This document shows, piece by piece, positions 51,520 to 64,000 of a stretch of 64,000 bases of DNA. Under the pieces are notes generated by a model that saw only the letters and a list, made by a program, of their open reading frames with translations, ran no database searches and was not told where the DNA came from. The stretch is taken from NCBI RefSeq assembly GCF_009834535.1, contig NC_045697.1, positions 82,028,001 to 82,092,000 on the forward strand. The letters run 5' to 3'. The translations under genes were made by a program, and so were the position numbers. Within the stretch, counting starts at the first letter, position 1. Every line of letters begins with the position of its first letter. Source of the DNA: Camelus ferus. Taxonomy: Eukaryota.

Positions 51520-54500
51520 TGTATTGTCTTTTTATACTTTATATTTATTCCTACGCTGCTCTTTGCTGTTTTTTTTCCTTCTACTAACCTGGGGCTTCAT
51601 TTTTCCTTTTTTCCTAGTTTGTTTAGGTGGAGAGTTAGATTGTTTATTTGGGATTTTTCTTGTTTCTTGAGGGAGGACTGTATCTGTATAAACTTCACAC
51701 TTGAACACTTTTTGCTATATCCTATAGATTTTAAACTGCTGTATTTCCATTTTCATTTGTCCCAGGTATTTTTTAAAATTTCTCCTTTGATTTCTTCATT
51801 GACTATTTGGTTGTTCAGTAGCATGTTATTTAATCTTCACATATTTGTGATTTTGTCCTGGTTTTATCCTGTACTTGATCTCTAGTTTCATACCATTTTG
51901 GTCAGAAAAGATGCTTGATATGTTTTCAGTCTCCTAAAGTTTATCAAAACATATTCTGTGACCTAACATATGATTTATATTGGAGAACATTCCGTGTGAA
52001 CTTAGAAAGAATATGTATTCAGCTGCTTTTTGATGAAATTTTCTATGTCTATTAAGTCCCACCGATATAAATGTGTCCTTTAAGTCTGATTTTCCATTGA
52101 TCCAAGTGGGATACCAAAGTCCCAAACTATTATTTTATTGTTGTCATTTTCTTTCTTTAGGTCTTTTAACATTTGCTTTATATATTTAGGTGCTTCTATG
52201 ATGAATCCACAAATATTTAGACATGGTATATCCTCTTGTCTGATTTAACCCCTTTTTCATCATGCAATGTCCTTCTTTGTGTGTGTATTTTTTTTTTTTA
52301 CATTCTGTGTTTTAAAGTTTATTTTGTCTGATATAAGTGTAACTGCTCCAGATTTTGTATTGTCATTTATATTTAATTTTTTTCCATCCTCTTACTTTTA
52401 GTCTATGTATATCTTTAGATACAAGTGAATTTCATGCAGGAAACATATAGATGGGTATTTTTAAAAATTCATTTAGCCACTCTATGTCTTTTGATTAGAA
52501 AAATTAATCCATTTATATTTGCAGTTATTACCGGTAGGCATGTACTTATTGCCATTTTGTTGACTATTCTCATGGTTTTTTGTGTGTCTACTATAGATTT
52601 TTGAATTGTGGTTACAACGAGTTCACATATAACATGATATATACTCATACATATGCATATATATGCATGCATATACATATAAGTCTATTTTAAGTTGATA
52701 GCAACTTAAGTCGAATGAATTCTAAAAACTCCACATTTTTATTTTCCCTTTGTATTCTATTTCTGGTGTCATATTTTACGCTGTTTAATTCTGTGTGTCC
52801 CTTAACAAATTATTATTGATAATTTTACAAGTTTTGTCTGTCAACCTCTATCTTAGTTTTATAAGTGGGTAATCCACTACTGTTACTGTATGTTTGCCTT
52901 TACCAGTGAGATTTTTACTTTCATATGTTTTCTTGTTACTAGTTAGTCCCTTTCCTTTTCAACTAAAGAGAGGACTCTTTAACATTTCCTATAAGGCCAG
53001 TTTAGTCTTGATGAACTTTAGCTTTTGCTTGTCTGAAAACTCTTTCTCGCCTTCAATTGAGAATGATAACCTTGAAGGTTAGAGTTTTCTTGGTTAGAGG
53101 TTTTGTTTGTTTGGTTGATTTTCCTTTCTGCATTTTTTACTATATTATGCTACTCCCTTCTGGCTTGCAAAGTTTCAGCTGAAATATTAGCTTATAGTTT
53201 TCTGGAGATTCCATTGTCTGTGACAAGTTGTTTTCTTCTTGCTGCTTTTAAGATTTTCTATCTATAACTTCTGACATTTTAATTATTATATATCTTAGTT
53301 TTAGATCTCTTTTTGTTCATCTTTTTTGAAAGTCTCATGCTGAATGTCTGTTTCCTTCTTCAGGTTAATGAAGTTTTCAGCTATTACTTCTTCAAATAAA
53401 ATTTCTGCCTCTTTCTCTCTTCTTCTTTTGGAGCCCTGAAATGTAAAAGTTGTTCCACTTGGTGTGATGCCATTGGTCCATTAACTTATCTTTATTTCTT
53501 TTTTTCTTTTTGTTGCTCTGTTTGGGTGATTTCCACTTTCCTGTGTCCAGATCACTGATCTGTTCTTCTACTTCATCTAGTCAGTCATGGAAGCTTTCTA
53601 GTACATTTTCTGTTCAACTATTTTGTTCTTCAGCTCTGGGACATCTGTTCAATACTTTCTTATGTTATGTAACTCTTTTAGACATCCTCACTATGTTCCT
53701 TTACTCTTTCCCTAGTTCAGTGAACATCTTTATGATTATTACCTTTAATTCTTTATCTGATAGATTGCCTCTCTATGCTTTATTAAGATGTTTTCCTGAG
53801 GATGTGTTTTGTTCCTTTGTTTGAAACATATTCCAGAATCTCATTCTGCTTGTCCCTCTATGTTTGTTTTTATGTATTATGTGAAACAGCTGCCTCTCCC
53901 AGTCTTGAAGAAGTGGTTTTGTGTAGAAAATGAACTTAATCATTTAATCTTGCCCTAGCTCCTGGTTGTCTTTCAGACCTTTGTGTTTGTCTAAGCAGTC
54001 TCATTTGTTCTTGTTAATTTCTAGTTGTTGAGGGTGTGCCAAGACCTGATAGTGTTCCAGAGGGACACACCTAAGACAGTGCCTAGTTTGAGGCTATTTG
54101 TAAGCCAGATTCTCAGGTAGCAGTTTTTAATGTATTCAAATATATATGGTCTTATGGGATTGCAATTGTAAACCCTGCTGACTTTCAGAGCAGAGATCTG
54201 GAGGCATCCCCTGGATGATAGTTTTAAAAATCATCACTTTTGACATATGTATAAGCTCCTTTCTGAGAAGTATTAGTGAGCTGTGGTGAGGCCAAAGGAG
54301 AGCACTAATATGTATTTCCCTGCCTGCATTCCCTGGGAGAGCCTCTGCAGCCTGTTGATATGGGGTCAACCAGAAGCCTGCCCCTCAGCCTGAAGCTCCA
54401 GGACAAGGAAATGGGCCTTTTTCACATGAAGCCTGAGTGTGTGTGTCTATCGTCTATTTGTGCAGTGCCCCAGGGTGGTAGCCTGCCAAGATGGTCTCAT

Positions 54501-54770
54501 CAATCTTTTCAGATCTGTGAGGCCCAGAAACACAATCCCCACTGTCCCCCAGACTCAGGTACTCAAGGGGCATCACCTGTGTTGTCTACATCAGCTATGG
54601 TGGGCAAGTCACAGCTGAAGAGCATGGGTGCAGGCTGCTCAGCCAGCCTAGCTATGGTGGAGTGGGCCATGGCTATGGTATGCAGGGCCATGGCTGTGGC
54701 ACTCAGGTGGGGCACCCAGCAAGCCCAGCTGTGTCAGGCATGCAATCTGCATATACTGTTAAGTGGAATA
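51520..54770 (-). mobile_element. Degenerate LINE-1 5' half (5'UTR, ORF1, endonuclease region)
   Basis: ORF 51934-52125 has KAAEYIFFLSSHGMFSNINHMLGH, matching the L1 endonuclease YTFFSSAHGTFSRIDHMLGH region. GC-richer 5'UTR at 54100-54770. Confidence 0.9.
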
Positions 54771-54984
54771 GAGATAATTTTCTTTTTTTAGATAATAGTG
54801 TCTAAAAATCTTTCCAAATATTTGCATTCTTGATTTCAGTATATATACTTGTTGAGTGAAACTTGTTTCATATTTTTATTTTGATGATACAGATAGAAAA
54901 GTAATTGAGAAATAGACCTTTAAGGAAAACCTCCTACATGCTATGAAACATGCTGTGTAGTTAAAAATGTAATCTTTGTTTATA

Positions 54985-55130
54985 TCTTTTAATCCTCCAA
55001 ATAGTTGTAGTAGATGCTTTTAAGATGAACTATCTAAAATGGACTAAGTTAAAATGACTTGCCCTAGGTACACAGCTAGAAAGTCCTCACTAGAATTTTA
55101 ACTAATGTTTCTTTCTATTGCATGCACTTG
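54985..55130 (-). mobile_element. MIR fragment
   Basis: aagttaaaatgacttgccctaggtacacagctagaaagt. Confidence 0.6.
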
Positions 55131-56639
55131 CTCTTAGGCTTTTTCTAACAAACTGATTAAAAACTTCTCTTATATTTTCATTAATATAGGGTTTTCTAGC
55201 TCCTAAGCACAGTTGATTATTTAAGCTTAAAAATATTTGTATAAGGCTAAATCATAAAATATTTTAGAAAAAAAACATTAGACTTTAAAAAATAATTTTC
55301 TGAGAGACCTGTCTATCCTTGATATTCTACCCTAGCCATGGACTAAGATATATTCAGTTACAAATTAAGTGATTATTAAAAAATATGTTCAAGTCCCTAA
55401 ATAACGTTCTTTCTTATTTTCCCTGTCCTCTTGCTGTTGTGTTGTTTTGACATTGTCTCTTGTCATTTATTCATTTTCACTTTTTTATTTGCCCTAAGTC
55501 TCTTTCTTACTATAGTTTTGTCATTTCTCTGCTCTTCCACATTTATTTTTCAAAAATATGGTAACTCTCAGTTAGATTTATCCAGTGATTGTGGAGCACC
55601 ACAGAATTGTTTGATCACTTCCTTCTGGGAGGCCTGTGGACTTTTCAGGCTATAACCACTTTTCTTGGAGCTGGCTCACTCAGATTTGTAGGAAGCTTGT
55701 TCTGGATTTCAGTCCAAGCCCCTATGTGACCCTTTAAACTTTATTGTACTAACTTTCCCTGAAATTAGTCTATCAAATAGCTTTTTTTCAAAGTTCATCC
55801 AACATAAATTTATTTAATTAAAATTAAAGTAGATAATGGATATGATACCTTTCAAAACTCCATCTAAATCTTAATGTTTCTCCTTTGCCTTGATTAATAT
55901 TTATGTACAGTTTTGCTTGGATTTTTACATTTGTACACGTAGCTGCATATAATTCCTTTAGAGAATATCTCCTGTCTATGATGCCTATGGTTATAGTAAC
56001 ACTGGGAAATAAAATAGTGTGATGTAAAATGATATGACAAATATAACCTCGTACATACTCAGAGTAGGCTTTGCGATTCAGTGTGTCTTGGTAAAAGTAA
56101 AGATGGAAATCCAGTTATAAATATTTATTACATATTTTGATCAGGAGCATTTCCTTTTTCTTAATTACACATCATTGTATCATTGCCTTACGAAAAAGTC
56201 AACCTTACAATTTGATGTCAAAGTAGTATCGGATGCAACTTCATTTTTAGTAAGCAACAGCTAAGATTACCAATATCACTAACTTGTTTTCTTTCATATA
56301 TAAACATAAACCAAAAGAGTCAGCATTTTCCCGTCCCTTAAAGCCATTAGGAAACTTTCTAAGAGATAGAAATAAAGTGTAAAATGAATTTTATAACACA
56401 TATATCACAGAAAGATTTGGACCTTAGATAATCCATCTACTACAGTTTAAAACTATTGATTAATAGTCAATAGAAATCTCTCAAGAATAACCACAGATGA
56501 CTCACTACAACATCTAATGTGACACACAGTGGTGAAAATTTTATAAAATTCCGTATTATTTCAAGAATTTCATTAAGGTTGTGTATATATATTGTACCTA
56601 CAAAATACATGATAGTTTATACAGTTTTAGCAATAATAA

Positions 56640-57930
56640 TTAAGCAATATCTGTATATCCGCTACCAAATTTCTGAAAGTTATCAGTACCTTGATCCCTT
56701 AATGTGTGCCTTTTAATTTTGTATAATGTTCTTTTCACCCTCAGGAAATCAATAACCTGAAATTACTGATACATGTTGTTAATTTTTATAGTTTTACTAT
56801 TTATTTGTGCCTATTTTAAAACTCTATATAAATAACATTATATAGGATATAAAGACACATTTTTAAAAATTTATTTCCATGATTATGAAATCAGTACAAT
56901 TGTCAGTATAAAATCAATATTGCAATTAAAGACTTATCTCATTGCAGTTATGTCTATAAAGTAATCCACTATATGAATATACCACAGTGTATTTACGTAT
57001 TACACTGCTAAATGACAATGGGTTATAATCTTTCATTTTTCATTACAGAAAATGATGCTTTGAATATTCTTGAACATTTATCCTGAGACACATGGGAAAG
57101 AGCTTTTCACAGGTATGTTCTGGGGAATAGGTCAAAGACTACACATATCTTCAAATTCAATAGTTAATGCAAAAATATTTTCTAAAGTGCAACTTTCCTC
57201 TCAAGAGCATACTGATGAAACCTTTTTGTTGCAAACTTTATATTTTTCTGCCAGCTGTTGGGTGTGAAACATTAGTTATGTCTTTTAACTTGCAGTTCCT
57301 TAATTACAAATGAGGTTAAACAATTTCCCATGCATTACTGATCATATTTGTTTCCTCTTCTGTGTAATGTCTGCTAATGTTGTTCTGCTCAGTTTTCCGA
57401 ATGTGGTGCTGCTTTTTATTGATCCTTGAAGTTGTTTATGTATTTTGCATGGAAATAATTTACCTTGTAAATATTGTCAATATCTCTCCTAGGTGTGGTT
57501 TGTCCTTCCTAGTAATTTAAGTTATACTTTGATGAAAAGAAATCATCAATATTTTTTGAGTTGTAGTTTAAAATTTGGCCTTCTTTATCCTTATATTTTC
57601 CTTCTTCAATATCATGACAAGATTACAATATTTTTATAGGTTTTCTTAAAATAGATCATTTACAAAAATATTAGTTATCTGTCTTGAACTGATTTTTTGT
57701 GAATGGTATATTAGATAAAATTCCATTTTTCTTATAGCCTTAATTGTTGCTAAAAACAAAAAACAAAAAAACTCGACTTTAGAAGTACTCTCTGCCAGGA
57801 TTCTTCTTAACTGAAATACATGTCTCAGCTGTATTAAACATTCAGACACTTGTGTGAAAATAATTCTTTCACAATGACTATTAAATGATGTCTACTAACA
57901 GCTCATAATTCCATACTGTTTTAATATGTG
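56640..57930 (-). mobile_element. Old L1ME-like 3' region
   Basis: taatccactatatgaatataccacag...ttaacttgcagttccttaattacaaatgaggttaaaca. Confidence 0.7.
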
Positions 57931-59919
57931 ATGTGTGGGTGTATATTATATAAATACATTTTACCATCCAAATGTCTACACCACAAATGCAGAGTATACT
58001 GAGTATATTATACTATAATAGGAAAATAAAAACCAGGTCATATAAGCATTCCAAGAAACTGGATTCTTTGCTTCTAGCTCAAAAGAAGGACACTACCATC
58101 TGGATTTCTTCAGAGAGAGGGCATCTTAATAGGAACACAAAACTTTGTTGATTTATTACTATGGAATAATCAGGGCAGAGAACTTTCTGGTTTAAAGAAA
58201 AGTCATATTATGTAAAGACAGTTACTATACTCAGAGCTGTGGAGAAGATAGAATAACTTTTGTATATTTTAGATACACTATCTTACAATTCCTGTGATCA
58301 ATTCAATTCCTGTGATCAATTAAATTATTCCTGCCAGTCTCTAGTTTTATACATAAACTTGCATACTTCCCTTCCTCATATAACATTGATGCTTCTTTAT
58401 TTATTGTGGATCAAGGCACATTCTTCTGGACGTGATTTTTAAACCAATGTTGAATATTAAAACATGTTTGAAAAAAAAAAGTCCCTCCACATTTTAGCAA
58501 AGCTATATTTACTTCTTAACTGTATTGCTCTCTGCTTCTATTTTTGTACTTTGTAAATATCCCTATCATAGGAACTGAATAGAAAAATTAAAAAAAAAAT
58601 TTGTACATCTTAAACTTAATTTATTTTAAGTAAAGGACCTTGTCTTGTTTACTGTCAGATTCTAAAAAAATAAGATCAGCTCCAGATATATATAAGAATA
58701 TGTCAAAATGTTGTAAAAATAGGCACAAATCTTGATACGAAATTGGAAAATGAAAAGCAAAACAAAACAAAAATAATTCTGAGGGTCATCAAGAAGGCCC
58801 CTAATACATAGATTCTTTTTTATTGTCAGATATTTTAAAATTTACATAATGAAACACAGAATAAAAATGAAGATCAGAATATCACCTGTAATCCTGGCAA
58901 GGATATATTGGATGATGTGACTTGACTGGTGGTCCTTATGGACCTACTCTGTAAATATCAGGCTAAGCACCTAGTTGCAGACAGCACTGAGACTCCCATG
59001 GGCCTTTCTACATGGGAAGTAGATACAGATTAAGTCTATTATTAAATTCTAAGGAGGATTTAATCCCCAGAGGAAGTTCAAAGAGATTAAATGGAGCTAA
59101 GCTAATGCATGTCAACTTGACTGCAATAAAACTTATCTAATAGGCCATTCATTTTATCCACAAGACAGAGTGAATGAGGAGAGGGAAGAACTCAAGAGTG
59201 TGTTCAGGGAAATTTCTACTGCATGGAAACAAATAGTGAGATGTATGAAATATGGAGAAATGAGAAAGAAGGAGGCCCATAAAAGAAACTGGCCATGAAT
59301 AAATTACCAAATAATTTTCCTAAGCTTGAGGCATATGCTAACCTTATATTGTAAAGGCAAAAGTGAACCAAAGGCCAAAGTCTAGAGAAAATATACAATA
59401 ACTGCTACCTTGGTGATGATAATTAACTTAAAATTTCAGAAAATCTGGGATATCATTTGTAATATAACTTTGTATTTGATTTTATAATATCATTAAAAAT
59501 AATTTTGTTGGCTTTCTCTTTATTTATGATTAGTTATGCATTGACCACTTGAATTACATGTAAGAGAAACACCATAAAATCTTCCATGCATGCATTTGGC
59601 TCCACTGTGGATGACTGAATTTAGATGGAGCTTCAGAGTGATGAACTCTGAAATCAAGGGTCAATAATAATTACACAGTTTATGCATTTGAGATAAAACT
59701 AATCAGATTTCAAAAGTTCTTATGATTAGAGAGCTAAGAAGACTGTGAATGAACAAAAAAAGCAAAATTAGAAAGTGCATATTAATACACAAGGGAGAGG
59801 ATAATGCTATCTGCAGTTGCAGAAATATTTTTTTGAATATGCACAGCCTAACACTTTTGTAAATCATAGTGGGAAAATGTCACTGGTCCAATATTTATTT
59901 TAAAAATCCTCATGCATAT

Positions 59920-60090
59920 GTTTATTGTCAGGCACCATAGTATGTGTTCTGTGTACTGGCTCTTTTAATCATTATAAAATCTTTATAAGTACTGTTGTTG
60001 TCACCATATTACAGATGAGAAAGCACAATAAGTGGTGGACCTGAAATTAAAGTCCAGGTAGCTTGGTTCCAGAGAATGTGCTATGCAGAC
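59920..60090 (-). mobile_element. MIR SINE
   Basis: tgtcaggcaccatag...ccatattacagatgagaaagc...aagtggtggacctgaaattaaagtccagg. Confidence 0.7.
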
Positions 60091-60650
60091 AAGCTTTCTC
60101 AAGATAAATAATAATAATTTTAAAATTCCATGAAGAAGAGGGAAGATTAAATAATTATATACTTTTTCAGCAATATGTCCTTTGAAACTCTAGAGGAAAC
60201 TGACAATGTCTCCCATTAGATTACTTACATGAGCCTAGAAAGATACTGTACTCTTGAGATAATTCAGACACAGCCATATTCACAAACTTTTGAATGGAGG
60301 CAAAATAGATACTCAGAGAAACTAATATAACACCATAGGGAATATGGATCAATTCCACTTTGAAATACCTTACAAATGAGATTTACCATTTAACACAATA
60401 TCTAAATAGTAGTATCTCATATAGCACTTACAAAACTACAATTAAATTTCTAATGCATATACTACTCTCATATTTTAAAGGCAAAGTGGACCAAAGGCCA
60501 AAACCTAGAGAAAATTTACAATAACTATTACATTGATGAACATAATTAGTCTTAATTTTCATTTACTTTGTCTCTGTTATTTACTAAAAGATGCAGAAAA
60601 GCTCTGAATTAAACAAACAAACAAAAAAAATAATCAGAGTATTATCTAAC

Positions 60651-61034
60651 TGTCATAGGCTGAATTGTGTAGTCCTCAAATTCATGTATTTTCCCCAATA
60701 CCAATTGAGTACCTCAGAATGTAACTGCATTTAGAGATTGGTCCTTCAAAGAGGCAATTAAGTTAAAATGAGGCTGTTAGAGTGAGCACTTATTCAGTGT
60801 GACTGGTTTCCTTCTAAGAGGAAATTTGGACACACAAATAGACACCAGAGATGTGCATTCACAGAGGAAAGATCATGTGAGGACACAGAAGGTGGTTATC
60901 TACAAACCAAGAGAAGAGGTCTCAGGAGAAACCAGACATGCTGACAGTTTGACCTTCGAGTTTTAGTCTCCAGAACTGTGTGATAAATTACATTTCTATT
61001 TTTCTAGCCATTCATCCTATGGTATTTTTTATGC
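60651..61034 (+). mobile_element. MaLR solo LTR (MLT1A/B-like)
   Basis: tgtcataggctgaattgtgt...agtacctcagaatgtaactgcattt...catgtgaggacacag...tctccagaactgtg...tagcaagctaat. Confidence 0.88.
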
Positions 61035-61298
61035 CAGTTCTAGCAAGCTAATGTGGCACCCAATTCCATGCCAACTATTTTAGTACAAACCATGCTACTG
61101 TTATTGTGCCACATTCTTCTCAACTTTCCCATTTAGTGTCTTACACTAAGACAAAACCCAGCATGAAATTAGGGATATTGCCTCTATAAAAGTATGGTCA
61201 GTTAGGAAAATCAGTGAAAACAGGAACAAAGTATAGAAGATTCCAAAACAAAGCACATTTCAGTAAAGTAGCCAGCTATTTGTTACACTTTCAAAATT

Positions 61299-61319
61299 AA
61301 AAAAAAAAAAAAAAAAAAA
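61299..61319 (+). repeat. Poly(A) run
   Basis: About 21 consecutive A. Confidence 0.9.
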
Positions 61320-62125
61320 GTCACGGCATCAGAAGAGTCCAATTCAATTCAACAGATAAACACCAAGGGGATATTTTCTGAACATAGGCTATTCATTTAG
61401 AAACTACAGTTCAGAACTAGAGCTGAGGTGGGGAACTGATAATAAAAAGGTGAAGGAGGGTAATACTGACAAAGGCATTCTACTCACCCTGTGTTTTTTC
61501 CCCAATGCATACTTGGATAGATATCTTTTCAAATGTGAGAAAATGAAGTAAAAATACATGTGCATCTCTAAAAATAAATTTTATCATGTGAGAAGTGATC
61601 ATTGCATTAAATATGAAAAATAAATCTTATGTCTGGGAAAATTTCTTTTTTACCCAGAAATAGAATAAAATATTAGTAAATATTTTCTTTGAGTCTCTGT
61701 GCCCATTATAAAGAACAAGGGATAATACATATGAATATAGTAAGCTCAAAACAAAGAAGGGCAATGATTAAATTAAACATAGTACAACATAATATAAAGT
61801 GCCATACCATAATTAAAAATAAAACAAAGTAAAAGCTATCAAAAATGATGCTCTCTGAGGGGATAGATAATGCCATTAAGGTTTTTATTAGGCAATGCAT
61901 AATTCAGTAGTATAAATATGAATGAATGATGGCAAAGAAGATTTGAATTATAATGAATAAAACTATTCAATAGTTTCTGATTTACCAAATAAGGCAAATT
62001 ATCCATGAAGATTCCAAAATTGAGTTAAATGATGATGAAATAGATTTTAAAAAGTAAAATGTAAAAAATAAGTGTCACATCTGGGAAATACCTACAGTGT
62101 GGTGGGAAACTAAAAAATTAACTTA

Positions 62126-64000
62126 GGAGAAGAGATAGAGATGGTGAGCAAGAAGATGCAGAACTCACCTCTCTCTCTCTAGGAATACATCAAAACTACG
62201 TCTGCATGCAGAGTAGTTCTCACTGAAAACTAACTGGAGACTGGCAAAAGACTCTTATACAACCAAGCTGTAAGAAAGAGTCACACAGAATTGGGTCGAA
62301 ATGGAAGAGAAGAAATAGACTGGGACCTGTGCCCCTGGAAGGGATCACAGAAGAGGAGGAAGATTGTATGAGGAGAGATCCTCCCTGGGGAATGAGTAGT
62401 TCAAGCCACATGTTGGGTGTCCCAGCCCTGGGGTCTGACACTGGAAGGATAAGTCCCCTTAGCTGATTTGAAAACCAAGGAGACTAACAGGAGGACTGTG
62501 AGATATCTAGAATCGGCTCATGAAGAGCACACATAGACTTGTTTATTCCCAAAACAAGGCAGAGGAAGCAGACCAAACCTACACAGGACTCTGGCTGGTT
62601 TTTTTGCAACGTCACCCAGGTGGGCACCACAGCCTGATCCAAGCACCCATTCCAGCCCCCTGGGTCCACAGTGCAGCTCCACATTAGGGTAAAGGCTTCC
62701 ACAGTCAAGCAGAGTGCTCATTTGTGAGGGGCACAGCCAGCTTGGGCCCAGAATTGCATCTGAATGGGTGGGAACAGCCATTATGGGTGCTTACAGAGGC
62801 AGCACATCAGAAATAATCTGGAGCTCTGACTGGGGCCAGGACTAACAAAGCCCAAGCTCTGACTTGCCCCAGGGGCCCGTTGTGGCCAGTCTTGCTATGC
62901 AGTGCAGCTTTACACTGGGTTGAGGCCTGCAGCAGTCCAGGGGAGTGCTCAATTATGAGGGACAGAGCTGGCTCTGACCTGGAACAGCATATGAATAGGG
63001 TGGAGGCAGCCATCGCTATCAATTATGGAGGCAGTGCATGGGGAGCCCAGGACTCTGACTGTGGACAGGACTGTCCCAGCCCATCCCTTGACCCAAACGA
63101 AGTGCTTGCTGCAGCCTCTCTTACTCTACCTCTGGTCCCCTGGGGACTAGATGCTGTTGATGGGAGCAGGGAGAGCATACACTTAGAGGAAACAGAGCCA
63201 GCTTGGATCTGATCCTCAGGGCTTCTGCTTCAGCTTCAGCAACTTGGAAATTAACAGTAGACTAGGTGATATAGAAGAATGTATAAGTGATTTGTATATA
63301 GAATGATGGAAATCAACCAATCAGAGACACAAAAAGAATAACAAATAATAATACAAAAAAGAGAACAGTTTAAAGGACCTCTGGGACAATACCAAGTGTA
63401 CCAACATTTGCATTATAGGGGTCCCAGAAGGAGAAGAGAGAAAGAGAGGGGTTGAAAATGCATTTGAGGTAATTATAGATGAAAACTTTGAGAACTTGAA
63501 GAAGGAAACTTGAAGAAGAAAACAGGTATCAGGTACAGGAAGCACATAGGATCCCAAACAAGATGAACCCAAAGAGACCACACCTAAACAAACAATTAAA
63601 ATGACAAAAGTTAAAGAGGCAGCAGCAGAAAAAGAAAGAATCCATACAAGGGAACCCCAATAAGGCTATCAGCTGGTTTTTCTACATAAACCTTGCAGGC
63701 TGGAAGGGAGTAGCAATATATATTTAAAGTCCTGAAATGGAAGAGCTTGCAACCTAGGATACTCTACCCAGCAAGATTATCATTTACAATTGGAGAGAGA
63801 AAGAACTTGACAGATAAGCTAAAACAGGAAGAGCTCAATTCTAAACCTATCCTAAAAGAAATATTAAAGCATATTCTCTTAGTTGGGGGAAAGAAAAAAG
63901 GATAGAAGAGGGTATCTGTAGGAAAGGAAAATCCTACTAGTAAGGTCAAATATATTGTAAAGGCTAAGGATCATAACTTAAGTAAGTGAGTATGATGATA
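62126..64000 (+). mobile_element. LINE-1 5' end: 5'UTR, internally deleted ORF1 and start of the inter-ORF region; continues beyond the window
   Basis: Start agatggtgagcaagaagatgcagaactcacc; ORF1 motifs aggacctctgggacaataccaag, ataggggtcccagaaggagaagagag, ataaggctatcagctg, aacctaggatactctacccagcaagattatcattt. Confidence 0.9.

Noticed and set aside
51361..51885. 174-aa Phe-rich, membrane-like ORF
   Set aside because: Mostly antisense L1 ORF2 sequence
54136..54791. GC-richer region with ORFs as a host promoter or exon
   Set aside because: CpG-depleted L1 5'UTR
62200..63240. GC-rich block with many short ORFs as a CpG island or gene start
   Set aside because: Decayed L1 5'UTR with few CpGs left
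1..64000. CRISPR array, prokaryotic operon, NUMT, rRNA or snRNA copies
   Set aside because: No repeat-spacer periodicity, dense ORFs or recognisable structural-RNA or mitochondrial sequence was seen

Overview
AT-rich, CpG-poor mammalian non-coding DNA (gene desert or large intron), most likely from a camelid, judged by a Vic-1-type tRNA-derived SINE. I could not recognise any intact host protein-coding gene, RNA gene or CpG island. The long ORFs in the track are broken LINE-1 ORF2 pieces or chance ORFs in repeats. The window is a layered record of transposons: two young inverted L1 copies, older L1M fragments, MaLR and ERV LTRs (including a complete LTR-internal-LTR MLT1 element), hAT and Tigger DNA transposons, MIR/L2 fragments and microsatellites. 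The best-supported unusual signal is in the two inverted young L1s. They differ at only 2 of 767 bases in a 3' tract that shares premature stops, then drop abruptly to about 95% identity, which suggests gene conversion or an assembly collapse. Other observations are a TSD-flanked L1 with its 5'UTR fused to the ORF2 3' end, a possible retrocopied mRNA 3'UTR, a ~135-bp local duplication and several candidate regulatory islands. I see no supportable evidence of a novel biological system. Repeat family names come from remembered consensus sequences, and boundaries of old repeats are approximate.
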